Below, in pieces: positions 1 through 10,309 of a stretch of DNA of 64,000 nucleotides. The notes under the pieces are model-generated. The model was not told where the DNA came from, made no database searches, and saw nothing but the letters and a program-made list of their open reading frames with translations. The stretch comes from an uncultured Sulfurovum sp. (GTDB lineage Bacteria > Campylobacterota > Campylobacteria > Campylobacterales > Sulfurovaceae), in assembly GCA_964606545.1 (NCBI GenBank), contig CAZSHP010000001.1, forward strand, positions 3,148 through 67,147, given 5' to 3'. Positions within the stretch are counted from its first letter, which is position 1. Each line of letters begins with the position of its first letter. The position numbers were made by a program, and so were the translations under genes.

Positions 1-119
1 TCCCAATGTAGGTTATTTCATAATAGGTGGATTTATTTTATCATTTATTATTGAAGTTAGCTTGAGATTAATAAGTAAACGAATTATCTCTAAGCAGATA
101 TAAAAAAATAGGAGAAAAT

Positions 120-1031
120 ATGAAACGAATAATAGAATCCATAATGTTTGGTTTTAGAGAAATTTTTGGATGGCATATCATGAAATATGCACTAGTTACA
201 GGAGTATTTGTTATAGGAGTTTGGATAGGTTTTGGCTTTTTATTTTGGGATACCTTAAATAGTATGAGTATGAAGCTAATTGGTTTTCTCCCTTTAGATA
301 TGATGATTTCTGACGGAACTTGGATGATGTCTACCTTTATTTGGCTTATTATGGTTCTTTTGACTTTTGCCTTTGTCTATATATTTTTAGGGAATTTTAT
401 CTTAACAAAAATTTCCAAAGAGAAGTATGGATTTTTTTCTCTACAGCTAATGTTAGGAAGTGCTTTATTTTGGATACTTATTTGGTGGATGAATAGTAGA
501 TTGATTCATGAAGAGGTTGTATCCTTCTTAGAAAGTTTACCCTATACAACTGTGGAGCATGGGTTAGCTTATCTTTTCACGATATATACTATTTATAATA
601 TTATTGTGATTTTTATGTTATTTATGGTAAACATCTTTAATAAACCATTAATTAAACACTTATCAACAAAACACTATGATGGAGAGTTGAAACAACACCA
701 TACACTACAAGCCTTTGGATATACATTGAAAGATACAATGCTATTTGTTATCATCTCACTGTTAGCCTTCCCTGTACTTTTTATTCCTATTCTCAATTTT
801 ATTACACAAGTTGGATTATGGATGTGGTTATTTAAAGATACCTTACAATATAACACAGCATCACTAGTATTTGAAGAGGTTAAAATGGAAAAACTTAAAA
901 AGTATCAAAAGGATATTTGGTTGATAAGTTTTGTTACTGTGCTTTTTAACTTTGTTCCAATTTTTAATATTTTAGCCCCATTCTTTGGAGAGATAAGCAT
1001 GTTTCACTATTGGAAAAGAGTTCAAAAATAG
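120..1031 (+). CDS. Multi-pass membrane protein, EI24/CysZ-like
   Basis: 303 aa with about 7 hydrophobic segments; C-terminal half (FPVLFIPILN...LFNFVPIFNILAPFFGEISMFHY) resembles EI24-domain proteins; AGGAGA RBS. Confidence 0.55.
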   Translation: MKRIIESIMFGFREIFGWHIMKYALVTGVFVIGVWIGFGFLFWDTLNSMSMKLIGFLPLDMMISDGTWMMSTFIWLIMVLLTFAFVYIFLGNFILTKISKEKYGFFSLQLMLGSALFWILIWWMNSRLIHEEVVSFLESLPYTTVEHGLAYLFTIYTIYNIIVIFMLFMVNIFNKPLIKHLSTKHYDGELKQHHTLQAFGYTLKDTMLFVIISLLAFPVLFIPILNFITQVGLWMWLFKDTLQYNTASLVFEEVKMEKLKKYQKDIWLISFVTVLFNFVPIFNILAPFFGEISMFHYWKRVQK

Positions 1032-1044
1032 AAGAACAGAGTTT

Positions 1045-1731
1045 TTAGTTAAAGATTCTTACGATATTTCGCAAAACTAATTTAGTATGAACCTTGCTGA
1101 GTCGGATGTTATCTTTAACTTTATCAAAGTGTGAAACTCTAGTCCCTTTTGGTGGATAGTATACCTCTATATCTACCCCTTTTATCTCTCTTTTTGACCA
1201 CATATGTCTGACCAAAACCTCTATCTCAAAATCATAACGACTATGTGTTAGGTTTAGTTCCAAGATTGAGAGAGGATATGCTCTAAAACCACTCTGTGTA
1301 TCTCTAAGCCATTTTCCACTCTCTACAAAAATCCAAAAGTTACTAAATACTCTTCCAAATTTGGATGAGTTTGGTACATCCTCTCTAAATTTTCTCTCTC
1401 CTATAACTATATTTTCATCTTTTAATAGAGGAAGTAGATGTTCTATCTCTCTTGGATAGTGTTGTCCATCACCATCTATAGTTATGATATATTTAGACTC
1501 TCTCTCCTTTGCCTCTCTTGCTCCTGTTAATATAGCCTCACCTTTTCCTCTATTGCTTTTGTGTCTAATTATAGTTAGATTTCGGTTTGGCTCTAGTAGA
1601 GACTCTACCTCTATATATGAACCATCATCAACAACGATAACAGAGTATCCTAAACTAAGAGTATCTCTTGTGACTCTTCCTATTGTTTTAGGATTATTAT
1701 ATACAGGAATTACAACTGATAGAGATTTCAT
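1045..1731 (-). CDS. Glycosyltransferase family 2 (DPM synthase-like)
   Basis: VVIPVYN, VVDDGS, NRGKGEA, IDGDGQH, DTQSGFR motifs. Confidence 0.9.
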   Translation of the reverse strand: MKSLSVVIPVYNNPKTIGRVTRDTLSLGYSVIVVDDGSYIEVESLLEPNRNLTIIRHKSNRGKGEAILTGAREAKERESKYIITIDGDGQHYPREIEHLLPLLKDENIVIGERKFREDVPNSSKFGRVFSNFWIFVESGKWLRDTQSGFRAYPLSILELNLTHSRYDFEIEVLVRHMWSKREIKGVDIEVYYPPKGTRVSHFDKVKDNIRLSKVHTKLVLRNIVRIFN

Positions 1732-1799
1732 GGATATATACCTTTAAATTTTTAATCTATTATAGCTATAATAGATTAATTTTATTAGAAGGTAAACTT

Positions 1800-2588
1800 A
1801 TGCAACTTACAACAGAGCAACTAGAATCATTTAACACTAATGGATTTTTGATAATACGGAATTTTGCCGATGAGAAAAAGTGTGAAGCTATATTAAATAT
1901 AGCAAAAGTCCATCTACAACATAAAATAGAGCCTATTGAGACAGAGATAGGATATGGAGACAAGAGTAGAGACTATCGTAGAGATGTAGTAGATTATAGC
2001 TCAAAGTTAGAGGAGAAAACCCCTACTGTACGGCGTTTGAGACAGGTATATTTTCGAGATATATTATTCAAAGAGTGGATGGAGGATATAGAGATTCGTC
2101 CTATTTTAGAACAGGTACTCAATGACCAAGTAGTAATCACTACAGCACACCACAACTCTATTATGACCAAAATGCCATACTCTAGCACAGAGACAAGATG
2201 GCATCAAGATAGACGATATTGGCATTTTTCAGATAATAATCTAGTCAGTGTTTGGTTGGCATTGGATGAGGAGCATAGCCAAAATGGTGTTTTAGAATTT
2301 ATTCCAAAGAGTCATAGGATGAGTTTTAAACCTGAACAGTTTGATGAAAAAGAGTATTTTAGAGAGGATTACTCTAAAAATATGTCACTTATAGAAACAA
2401 AGGTCTCAACAACTCTGCAAAGAGGAGATGTTGTACTTTTCCACTCTCTACTACTCCATCGTGCCAATGCAAATATAACTAATAAACCAAAAATTGCATT
2501 TGTCTATACGGTCAAAGGTGCATCAACCAAAGCAATTAAGGGAACTCGCTCTTCTGAGTATCCTGAAATTTCTCTCAAACACTCTTGA
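1800..2588 (+). CDS. Phytanoyl-CoA dioxygenase (PhyH) family Fe(II)/2-oxoglutarate oxygenase
   Basis: LTTEQLESFNTNGFL start, WHQD, VWLALD, NGVLEFIPKSH, GDVVLFH..LLHR. Confidence 0.9.
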   Translation: MQLTTEQLESFNTNGFLIIRNFADEKKCEAILNIAKVHLQHKIEPIETEIGYGDKSRDYRRDVVDYSSKLEEKTPTVRRLRQVYFRDILFKEWMEDIEIRPILEQVLNDQVVITTAHHNSIMTKMPYSSTETRWHQDRRYWHFSDNNLVSVWLALDEEHSQNGVLEFIPKSHRMSFKPEQFDEKEYFREDYSKNMSLIETKVSTTLQRGDVVLFHSLLLHRANANITNKPKIAFVYTVKGASTKAIKGTRSSEYPEISLKHS

Positions 2589-2711
2589 CAATAAAGAAAA
2601 GTTCAGTTATAAATGCACTGTAATTAAGTCTGAAAATAGATATTCAGATTTAACGAAATTAATGTATAATTACGGCATTAACCAATTTAACTAATAAAAA
2701 GGATAGACAAT

Positions 2712-3029
2712 ATGGCAAAATATATTGATTTGACAGGCGACAATTTTGAGGCAACAATTGCAAATGGTGTAACAATGGTAGACTTTTGGGCTCCTTGGTG
2801 TGGACCTTGTAGAATGATTGCTCCTGTAATAGAGGAGTTAGCAGTAGACTTTGATGGAAGAGCAACTATAGCAAAGTGTAATACAGATGAGCAACAAGAT
2901 ATTGCTATTAAATATGGTATTCGTTCAATTCCTGCTATTCTTTTCTTTAAAGACGGTAAGCTTGTTGACCAAATGGTTGGTGCTGCCTCAAAAGATGCGT
3001 TTGCTACAAGAATCAATGCTCAACTATAA
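2712..3029 (+). CDS. trxA: Thioredoxin
   Basis: DFWAPWCGPCRMIAP active site; AAGGA RBS; upstream TATAAT near 2665. Confidence 0.97.
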   Translation: MAKYIDLTGDNFEATIANGVTMVDFWAPWCGPCRMIAPVIEELAVDFDGRATIAKCNTDEQQDIAIKYGIRSIPAILFFKDGKLVDQMVGAASKDAFATRINAQL

Positions 3030-3044
3030 CATTTAATGTAACCT

Positions 3045-3080
3045 AACTTCCCATGCCTAGCAGGGGAGTTCTCTCTTTTC
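3045..3080 (+). terminator. Hairpin / probable intrinsic terminator after trxA
   Basis: AACTTCCC-ATGC-CTA-GCA-GGGGAGTT stem followed by CTCTCTTTT. Confidence 0.5.
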
Positions 3081-3143
3081 TCAATAAATCTCTATCAAAT
3101 ATTATATTTAGTACTCTTCTAAAAAATATCTAAAGGATAAAAA

Positions 3144-4085
3144 ATGTTAGATTGTGCAATTATTGGTGGTGGTCCAGCAGGGCTAACAGCAGGATTATAT
3201 ACAACTCGTGGTGGACTTAAAAATGTCGTAATGTTTGAGATGGGTATGACAGGTGGACAGATTACTCAAAGCTCGGAAATCGAGAATTATCCAGGATTTT
3301 ATCAACACGGCAAGACAGGAATGGATTTTATGGATACATGGCAGGAGCAGTGTTTTGATTTTGGTCTTAAACATGAGATGAAAAAGGTAGATAGAGTTGC
3401 TAAAACAGGTGAACACTTTACTATATATTTAGAGGGTGGAGAGAGAGTAGAGGCAAAAACTGTTATAGTTGGAACAGGAAGTACTCCAAAACGAACAGGT
3501 ATAAAGGGAGAAGAGGAGTTATGGGGTAGAGGAGTTAGTACCTGTGCTACATGTGATGGATTTTTTTACAAAGGTAAATCTGTAGCTGTTTTAGGTGGTG
3601 GAGATACTGCATTAGAGGAGGCTCATTATCTATCTAATATATGTAAAGAGGTCAACTTAATTCACAGAAGAGATGAATTTAGAGCTTCTCCATCTACGGT
3701 AAATAGGATTAGAAAAACAGAAAACATTAATATGATTACTAGTACTATAATAGAAGAGATAGAGGGTGATATGATGGGTGTTACTGGACTTAAACTCAAA
3801 AACCTAAAAACAGATGAGGTTTATAACCTAGAAGTACCAGGGGTATTTATCTTTGCGGGACACAATGTAAACAACTCTGTACTAAAAGATAAAAACGGTA
3901 AATTTATTTGTGATATGAATGATTGGGGTCAAGTGATTGTTGATTTGAGTATGAAAACTTCTATAAAAGGACTCTATGCTGTTGGTGATATGAGAGTAGA
4001 GGCTCCAAAACAAGTTGTTTCTGCTGCTGGTGACGGAGCAGTTGCTGCATTACAAGTTATTGCATATATTCAGGAACAATCTTAA
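3144..4085 (+). CDS. trxB: Thioredoxin-disulfide reductase
   Basis: [33 protein letters not shown]. Confidence 0.96.
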   Translation: MLDCAIIGGGPAGLTAGLYTTRGGLKNVVMFEMGMTGGQITQSSEIENYPGFYQHGKTGMDFMDTWQEQCFDFGLKHEMKKVDRVAKTGEHFTIYLEGGERVEAKTVIVGTGSTPKRTGIKGEEELWGRGVSTCATCDGFFYKGKSVAVLGGGDTALEEAHYLSNICKEVNLIHRRDEFRASPSTVNRIRKTENINMITSTIIEEIEGDMMGVTGLKLKNLKTDEVYNLEVPGVFIFAGHNVNNSVLKDKNGKFICDMNDWGQVIVDLSMKTSIKGLYAVGDMRVEAPKQVVSAAGDGAVAALQVIAYIQEQS

Positions 4086-4090
4086 TTCCG

Positions 4091-4121
4091 ACACGATTGT
4101 GACACTTTATCTTGATATAAT
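4091..4121 (+). promoter_or_regulatory. Extended -10 promoter with upstream ACAC-N7-ACAC direct repeat
   Basis: ACACgattgtgACAC (4091-4105), 10 nt spacer, TGaTATAAT (4113-4121); same geometry as the promoters at 28185-28215 and 28691-28721. Confidence 0.55.
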
Positions 4122-4124
4122 ACG

Positions 4125-4241
4125 GTCATGAGAGACATAATTTTTCCCTCCTATGTTTTGTTATGACTCTTCATATATTTTTATAGCTTCTACTTAATAT
4201 AAAGTTAACGCATAGCTAATTAGGCCAAGTAGAAGCTTTGT
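4125..4241 (+). ncRNA. Candidate small RNA with CCCUCC (anti-SD) loop and 3' hairpin
   Basis: Own -10 at 4116-4121; stem GTCATGAGAGACATA/TATGTTTTgTTATGAC with loop ATTTTTCCCTCC; perfect 11-bp stem AGCTTCTACTT (4185-4195)/AAGTAGAAGCT (4227-4237); dapB has a separate TATACT at about 4274. Confidence 0.55.
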
Positions 4242-4309
4242 CCACTCTAACCACTACATTATAAAAAATTCTGTATACTTTCACAAAATTCAACGCTAGG
4301 ATTATCACA

Positions 4310-5077
4310 ATGGCAAAAGTAGGAATATTAGGAAGTACAGGACGAATGGGTGAACACCTTATCAACAATGTATTGGCAGAAGATGGATTGGAGTTGGCTG
4401 TTTTACATGTTTTTGATGAGCTAAAAGTAGCTGTACCCGACTCTGTTTTGATTACAAATAGTATGCAGGTTTTTTTGGAGAACTGTGATGTAGTAATTGA
4501 CTTTTCAGCTCCTGTAGCTACTCAAGAGTTGCTTGAATCTGCACTCAAGAACCCTACACCACTAGTTATAGCAACTACTGGATTTAATTCACATCAAGAG
4601 AATCTACTAACAGAAGCATCCAAAGAGATGGCTGTACTATACTCGTCCAATATGTCAGCAGGTATTGCACTACTTAAACAGCTTGTAGAGCAGGTATCAG
4701 CCACACTAAAAGATTTTGATATAGAGATAGTAGAGCAACACCATAGACATAAAGTAGACGCACCATCAGGAACAGCCCTAACTCTAGCAGAGTTTGCAGC
4801 TAAAGGTAGAGACAAAGATTTAGATGCTGTAAGAATCTCAGGTAGAGATGGACAGATAGGAGCAAGAACAAAAGATGAGATAGCAGTTATGGCTCTAAGA
4901 GGTGGAGATATAGTAGGAAGACACACTGTAGGTTTCTATAATGATGGAGAGTTCCTAGAGCTAAACCATACAGCCACAAGTCGAGAGACATTCTCAAAAG
5001 GAGCAATCAGAGCAGCAGGATGGATAGTAAACCAAGAGATTGGTTTCTACTCAATAAATGACTGCTTAGGAATCTAA
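4310..5077 (+). CDS. dapB: 4-hydroxy-tetrahydrodipicolinate reductase
   Basis: GSTGRMG, VIDFS, ATTG, EQHHRHKVDAPSGTA, RGGDIVGRH. Confidence 0.97.
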   Translation: MAKVGILGSTGRMGEHLINNVLAEDGLELAVLHVFDELKVAVPDSVLITNSMQVFLENCDVVIDFSAPVATQELLESALKNPTPLVIATTGFNSHQENLLTEASKEMAVLYSSNMSAGIALLKQLVEQVSATLKDFDIEIVEQHHRHKVDAPSGTALTLAEFAAKGRDKDLDAVRISGRDGQIGARTKDEIAVMALRGGDIVGRHTVGFYNDGEFLELNHTATSRETFSKGAIRAAGWIVNQEIGFYSINDCLGI

Positions 5078-5131
5078 CATGACTCCTCACTATCATCACT
5101 ATTCACCTAAAACTCCCCAAGGAGTTTTATA

Positions 5132-6502
5132 ATGTGTGCTATCGTCGGAGTATTTGGAGCCCAAAATGCCTCTAAGTTAGCCTACTACGCTCTCTTTTCT
5201 ATGCAACATCGAGGTCAAGAGTCAACGGGAATCTCCTCTGCAAAAGGAGATAGGATTTATCTTATCAAAAAGAGAGGCTTAGTAACAGAAGTTTTTGATG
5301 AGAAAGCCTTTTCTATTTTAGAAGGAAATTGTGCTATTGGTCACAACAGATACTCTACGGCTGGAGCAGACTCTGTGCTTGATGCTCAACCTGTATTTGC
5401 CAAGTATAAATTGGGTGAAATCTCTGTAGCTCATAATGGAAACTTGGTAAACAAATATGAGGTTAGAAATCAACTCATAGACAATGGTGCAATATTTCAA
5501 ACAGGAATGGATACTGAAAATATAGTCCACCTCATCGCCAAAAGTCAAAAGAGCAAACTCAAAGCTAGAATCAAAGATATGCTAAGAAGAATAGAGGGTG
5601 CATACTGTTTAGCTATTCAGAGTAGAAAAAAGATGTTTGTAATTCGAGACCGTTTTGGTATCCGTCCTCTATCTCTTGGTAAACTCAAAAATGGTGGTTG
5701 GATAGTCGCCTCTGAAACATGTGCATTTGATTTGGTAGGAGCTGAATTTATAAGAGATGTAAGACCAGGGGAGATGTTGACCTTTGAAAAGGGCAAAGAG
5801 CCAAAATCAGAGCAGATTTTTGAACCAGATTATCACCCTTGTGCATTTGAGTATATCTACATGGCACGACCTGACTCTATTATAGATGGTAAAACTGTAT
5901 ATAATATGAGATTAGAGATGGGAAAAGAGTTAGCAAAAGAGACACCTGCTGATATTGATTTGGTTCTTCCTGTTCCTGACTCTGGTGTAGCTGCAGCAAA
6001 AGGGTATGCTGATGGGATGGGTGTCCCTTTTGAGATGGGGATAGTTAGAAATCACTATATAGGCAGAACATTTATCGAACCAACCCAAGAGATTAGAGAC
6101 CTAAAGGTTAAATTAAAACTCTCTCCTATCAAAGATATGATAAATGGAAAGAGAGTAGCAATAGTAGATGATTCATTAGTAAGAGGTACAACCTCTCGTC
6201 AAATAGTAAAAATGCTCAAAGATGCAGGAGCAACAGAGGTGCATATGCGTATAGCAGCTCCTGAAATCAAATACCCTTGTCGTTATGGAATAGACACCCC
6301 AACCAAAGAAGAGCTTATATCTACCAAATATAATCCTGAGGAGATAGCTAAGAGAATGGATGCTGACTCTTTGGGATTTTTATCTATAGAGGGGTTAAAG
6401 AAGTCTCTTGGAGCTGACCAACAGTACTCTTTGGTCAGTTTCGATGGGAACTATTTTGCAGGAGGAAATGCTGATACTCCATCTTGTGGGAGTAGTGATT
6501 GA
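5132..6502 (+). CDS. purF: Amidophosphoribosyltransferase
   Basis: N-terminal MC, QHRGQE, GHNRYST, PVPDSG, VDDSLVRGTT, YGIDTP. Confidence 0.97.
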   Translation: MCAIVGVFGAQNASKLAYYALFSMQHRGQESTGISSAKGDRIYLIKKRGLVTEVFDEKAFSILEGNCAIGHNRYSTAGADSVLDAQPVFAKYKLGEISVAHNGNLVNKYEVRNQLIDNGAIFQTGMDTENIVHLIAKSQKSKLKARIKDMLRRIEGAYCLAIQSRKKMFVIRDRFGIRPLSLGKLKNGGWIVASETCAFDLVGAEFIRDVRPGEMLTFEKGKEPKSEQIFEPDYHPCAFEYIYMARPDSIIDGKTVYNMRLEMGKELAKETPADIDLVLPVPDSGVAAAKGYADGMGVPFEMGIVRNHYIGRTFIEPTQEIRDLKVKLKLSPIKDMINGKRVAIVDDSLVRGTTSRQIVKMLKDAGATEVHMRIAAPEIKYPCRYGIDTPTKEELISTKYNPEEIAKRMDADSLGFLSIEGLKKSLGADQQYSLVSFDGNYFAGGNADTPSCGSSD

Positions 6503-6547
6503 GAATAGAGGATGATTAAATTCACCTTGGTTTTATATCTTTTGATT

Positions 6548-7459
6548 TCATTTAATCTCTCGCTGGTCAATAACTCCTGGAAATTTAGAATCAGCTTTTA
6601 TAGATATAGGTCCTAAAAAGATATTTTTAGAGTCAATAATCAAATTTATTATGATAATAGCAAAAAAAGTACCTGTAATAGTTACAGTAGGCCCCCAATT
6701 TGTCCCTTGGACTAATTTATCTCTCTCCTCTATATAGTTATCAAAAAAATCTGTAGGGGGAGGGTTTTCACTTAGTAGAAGTTTGTTTGCATATTTTGAT
6801 TTGAATATCTTGGTATATATTTTATTGAACTCTGCATGAACCTCTCTATCTTTGGCTATGAACTGCTCCTCTGTCACATCCTCTAATGGAATAGAGGCTG
6901 TAGGTGAGTTCTCATCCTCCTCCCTTGTTGATACCCCTTCATCTCTATAATCCCATAGATTCGCTTTTGCACCAAAAGTAAAATCAGGAATGGTGTGAGC
7001 TCTGGATATAATTGGTATTTTCAACTCTTTTGCTGCTCTATGTAGAGGATAGTGAGCTGATTTGTTATCAGAAGCATCTATAATAAAATCCATCCCCTTG
7101 ATAATCTCCTTAGCGTTGTCTTTATCAATTCCTCTATCAAATGTTTCTATTTTGGCAAATGGATTTAAATCTTGAAGTCTCTGTCTACCTGCATCAACTT
7201 TTTTCATTCCTATAGTAGAGAGTGTACAGAAGTGTTGTCTATTTATATTACTAAGTTCAAATATATCCATGTCGACTAGAGTAACACTACCCACCCCACC
7301 TCTAATAAGCTGTTCAGAGGCTATACCACCTGTACCACCTACACCAATAACTCCAACTTTGGCGTTTTTTAGAAGCTCTTTTTCCCTATCAGTAAAGACC
7401 ATTGATGACCTAAACCATAAGGATTCATAAAACTCTTCCTCTGTAATATCCATAAACAT
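6548..7459 (-). CDS. ThiF/MoeB/E1-family adenylyltransferase
   Basis: VIGVGGTGG, LVDMDIFELSNINRQ, IIDASDN; no Zn-binding CxxC pairs. Confidence 0.85.
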   Translation of the reverse strand: MFMDITEEEFYESLWFRSSMVFTDREKELLKNAKVGVIGVGGTGGIASEQLIRGGVGSVTLVDMDIFELSNINRQHFCTLSTIGMKKVDAGRQRLQDLNPFAKIETFDRGIDKDNAKEIIKGMDFIIDASDNKSAHYPLHRAAKELKIPIISRAHTIPDFTFGAKANLWDYRDEGVSTREEDENSPTASIPLEDVTEEQFIAKDREVHAEFNKIYTKIFKSKYANKLLLSENPPPTDFFDNYIEERDKLVQGTNWGPTVTITGTFFAIIIINLIIDSKNIFLGPISIKADSKFPGVIDQREIK

Positions 7460-7510
7460 TCCTTTAATCTTATATTTTATTTATACATATTATACTTAAA
7501 ATTTATTATA

Positions 7511-9049
7511 TTATTTAAATCTATCCCATCTCATATAGTCATAAACTGTATAATTTCCATCACTATGAATATGGTGAGAAGCCCTAATATTTTTAAAAAA
7601 GCTTGGAGTAAATTTAGCAATCTCTATCTCTTGGTACGATGATGGGGTTAGTTTCTCTATTTGAGCTAGAGAGAAGCCCTCTCCATACTCATTGAACCCT
7701 TGTCTCTGTCTACTTCGAATAGGAAGAGTATCTGCATTTAGATTTAATCCTCCCCCATTTCTAGCAATAGTACTATCAAAAACTAGAGGATTTTGAGAGT
7801 GTGGTTTCCAGTTATTAGATAGAGGATTATCACTATAAAATCCCATAAGAGTTGCACTATAGTCACTATTACCATCAATTGACATATTGCACAGTAGCCA
7901 CCACCTACTATCATGTTCAAAGATTATACTATCAGTTGCATCTATATCAGAGATAATATCTTGTTGATACTCCCATCTCATTGGATACTCTACACATTTA
8001 TAGAGTCTAATAGATTTAGATTCACAACTCTCAGGAACCATATATAGCTCATCATTATATTCAAATATAAAAGGGTATGAGAGGTGAAAGGGTTCATCTA
8101 TAATAGTTCCTAGGACAACATAACTATTATCAATCAGTTCAATAGCTGTTATAGTAGCTTTTGCTTTATCATAATAGTAATCCTCTACAAAACAGACTGT
8201 TCTATTATCTCTAGTTATCACAAAAGGGTCAGCAAAATAGCGATTTGGTAGGTTCTTTATCTCTATTCCATTTTTTAATATAGCATGATTCCAATTGGAT
8301 TTGAGAAAAGCGACTCCCCATCTTCTCTGTTTTTTTAGAATAAGTCGTTTAATGATGGTCGAAATAATAATAGCTTTGGTTTTAAAAATATAATATATTA
8401 ATTCAAAGATAGTAGGTGTAGTAAATCTAGGCTCTCCTAGAGGTAGAGATAACTTTGGCTTAGGTAGTCTATTGGTTGTAGCATACTCAATAACTATTTT
8501 AGATAGATATGGAGTTGCATTACTAAATAGATAGACTCTGTTTTCCGTATAGGAGCGTTGGGTCTGTATAGCTCCTTGTAGTAGTATTTGTGGAGTGTTT
8601 GACTCTCTACTCCATAGCTCTATAGAAAATCTACTTGATGGCTCTTTGTGGTAAACTTCCCAAAAAGCTTGAGGGGTTCTATTTTGACTATAGTTAATAG
8701 AGATTAGACCATCCTTTGCTATAAATATAAATCTTTTGGGAATCTCTGCATGGGTATTTATAATTAGGTCTAACTCTAATGATTTGATTTTCTCAATATC
8801 TTCATATATAGTCTCATCTATATTAAATAATTCTCTCTCTATAGTTACCGTTGGATTTAGTATAGACATTATAAAATACTCTATTTTTGTAATTAGCCTA
8901 AAAAAAAATAGTTGAAATCTATCTCTGCTTATATCTCTATCTCTTAGAAAATATAGCTCTATTTGGTCAGATAGAGATAGCTTTTTGATACTCTCATATA
9001 GATATTTATTATAACTATTTCTCTCTATCACAATGCCAATCTTTTTCAT
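7511..9049 (-). CDS. Polysaccharide-locus protein with C-terminal five-bladed beta-propeller (GINT1-N / GH43-32-like) domain
   Basis: YFADPF, FVEDY, EPFHLSYPFIF, YMVPES, ARNGG, HHI motifs typical of this family. Confidence 0.7.
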   Translation of the reverse strand: MKKIGIVIERNSYNKYLYESIKKLSLSDQIELYFLRDRDISRDRFQLFFFRLITKIEYFIMSILNPTVTIERELFNIDETIYEDIEKIKSLELDLIINTHAEIPKRFIFIAKDGLISINYSQNRTPQAFWEVYHKEPSSRFSIELWSRESNTPQILLQGAIQTQRSYTENRVYLFSNATPYLSKIVIEYATTNRLPKPKLSLPLGEPRFTTPTIFELIYYIFKTKAIIISTIIKRLILKKQRRWGVAFLKSNWNHAILKNGIEIKNLPNRYFADPFVITRDNRTVCFVEDYYYDKAKATITAIELIDNSYVVLGTIIDEPFHLSYPFIFEYNDELYMVPESCESKSIRLYKCVEYPMRWEYQQDIISDIDATDSIIFEHDSRWWLLCNMSIDGNSDYSATLMGFYSDNPLSNNWKPHSQNPLVFDSTIARNGGGLNLNADTLPIRSRQRQGFNEYGEGFSLAQIEKLTPSSYQEIEIAKFTPSFFKNIRASHHIHSDGNYTVYDYMRWDRFK

Positions 9050-9256
9050 CGTCTCTCCTTTTTATGTTAACGATTTATGTGTTTATTCATTAAAAATTAT
9101 ACAAAATAAAACAAAATAAAATATTTAAAATGCTATTATAGCGAATTATAAATAATATTTTAAATGATTCTTTAAAAAAAGTAATCATATAATAATTAAA
9201 TTATAATAAATATTGTAATATACATTATATATCTAATTTTTGTTTAAAGGTTCCAC

Positions 9257-10309
9257 ATGCAGAGTAGAAAAACTATAAAAATTGCTATTCATCCTAAGAG
9301 GGGAGATGATTCATATTCAGATAAGTGGATTGAGTATTGTCAAAATAACCAAATTGAGTATAAATTGGTTAACTGTTATGAGTCAGATATTATAGAGCAG
9401 TTAAAAGATTGCGATGGTCTAATGTGGCATTGGCAACATACAGACTACAAGGCACAGCTTTTTGCTAGACAACTTATACTCTCACTAGAGAGAGCCAATT
9501 TTCCAGTATATCCAAATGCTAAAACCTGTTGGCATTTTGATGACAAACTTGGACAAAAATATCTACTAGAGAGTATAGATGCTCCATTAGTTAAGAGTTA
9601 CGCTTTTTATGATAAGCAGAGTGCTTTGGAGTGGATAGAGCAGACAACACTACCAAAAGTATTTAAACTAAGAAGTGGAGCAGGAGCTTATAATGTAACT
9701 CTAATAAAAACCAAAAGAGAAGCCAAAAAATATATCCATAGAGTATTTACCAAAGGTTTCAAATCTAACTATAGTGGAGCTATTTTAAATGATAGGATTT
9801 GGCACTTCAAGAGAGACAGGACTCTAAAGAGCTTTTTAAATATAGGTAGAGGTTTGGTTAGATGGATTATTCCCCATAAGATAGCAAACCAACTACCTGT
9901 AGAGAGAAATTATCTATATGCACAAGATTTTATTGCTAACTGTGACCATGATATACGAGTATTTATTATAGGTAACCGAGCTGTTACAAAAAAACGCCTA
10001 GTTAGAGATGGTGATTTTAGAGCATCGGGTTCTGGCAAAATGAGTTGGGATATAGGAGAGGAGGCAAAAAGATGTATAGAGATAGCTTTTGAGATAACAG
10101 ATAGGCTCCAAGCTCAATCACTAGCTTTTGATTTTGTTTTGGATGGAGATAAGTACAAGATTGTAGAGACAAGCTACGCTGCATCCCCTAGAGGTTTTCC
10201 AAATACTCCAGGGTATTGGAATCGAGATTTGAGTTGGAGTGAGTGTAGATTGAGAGTGGAGTATTTTATGATAGAAGATTTTATAAACCTAATAGAGAGT
10301 CGATTGTGA
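9257..10309 (+). CDS. ATP-grasp ligase (RimK-like), polysaccharide-associated
   Basis: FDDKLGQ, VFKLRSGAGAYNV, YAQDFI, DIRVFIIG, DFRASGSG, AFDF. Confidence 0.85.
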   Translation: MQSRKTIKIAIHPKRGDDSYSDKWIEYCQNNQIEYKLVNCYESDIIEQLKDCDGLMWHWQHTDYKAQLFARQLILSLERANFPVYPNAKTCWHFDDKLGQKYLLESIDAPLVKSYAFYDKQSALEWIEQTTLPKVFKLRSGAGAYNVTLIKTKREAKKYIHRVFTKGFKSNYSGAILNDRIWHFKRDRTLKSFLNIGRGLVRWIIPHKIANQLPVERNYLYAQDFIANCDHDIRVFIIGNRAVTKKRLVRDGDFRASGSGKMSWDIGEEAKRCIEIAFEITDRLQAQSLAFDFVLDGDKYKIVETSYAASPRGFPNTPGYWNRDLSWSECRLRVEYFMIEDFINLIESRL

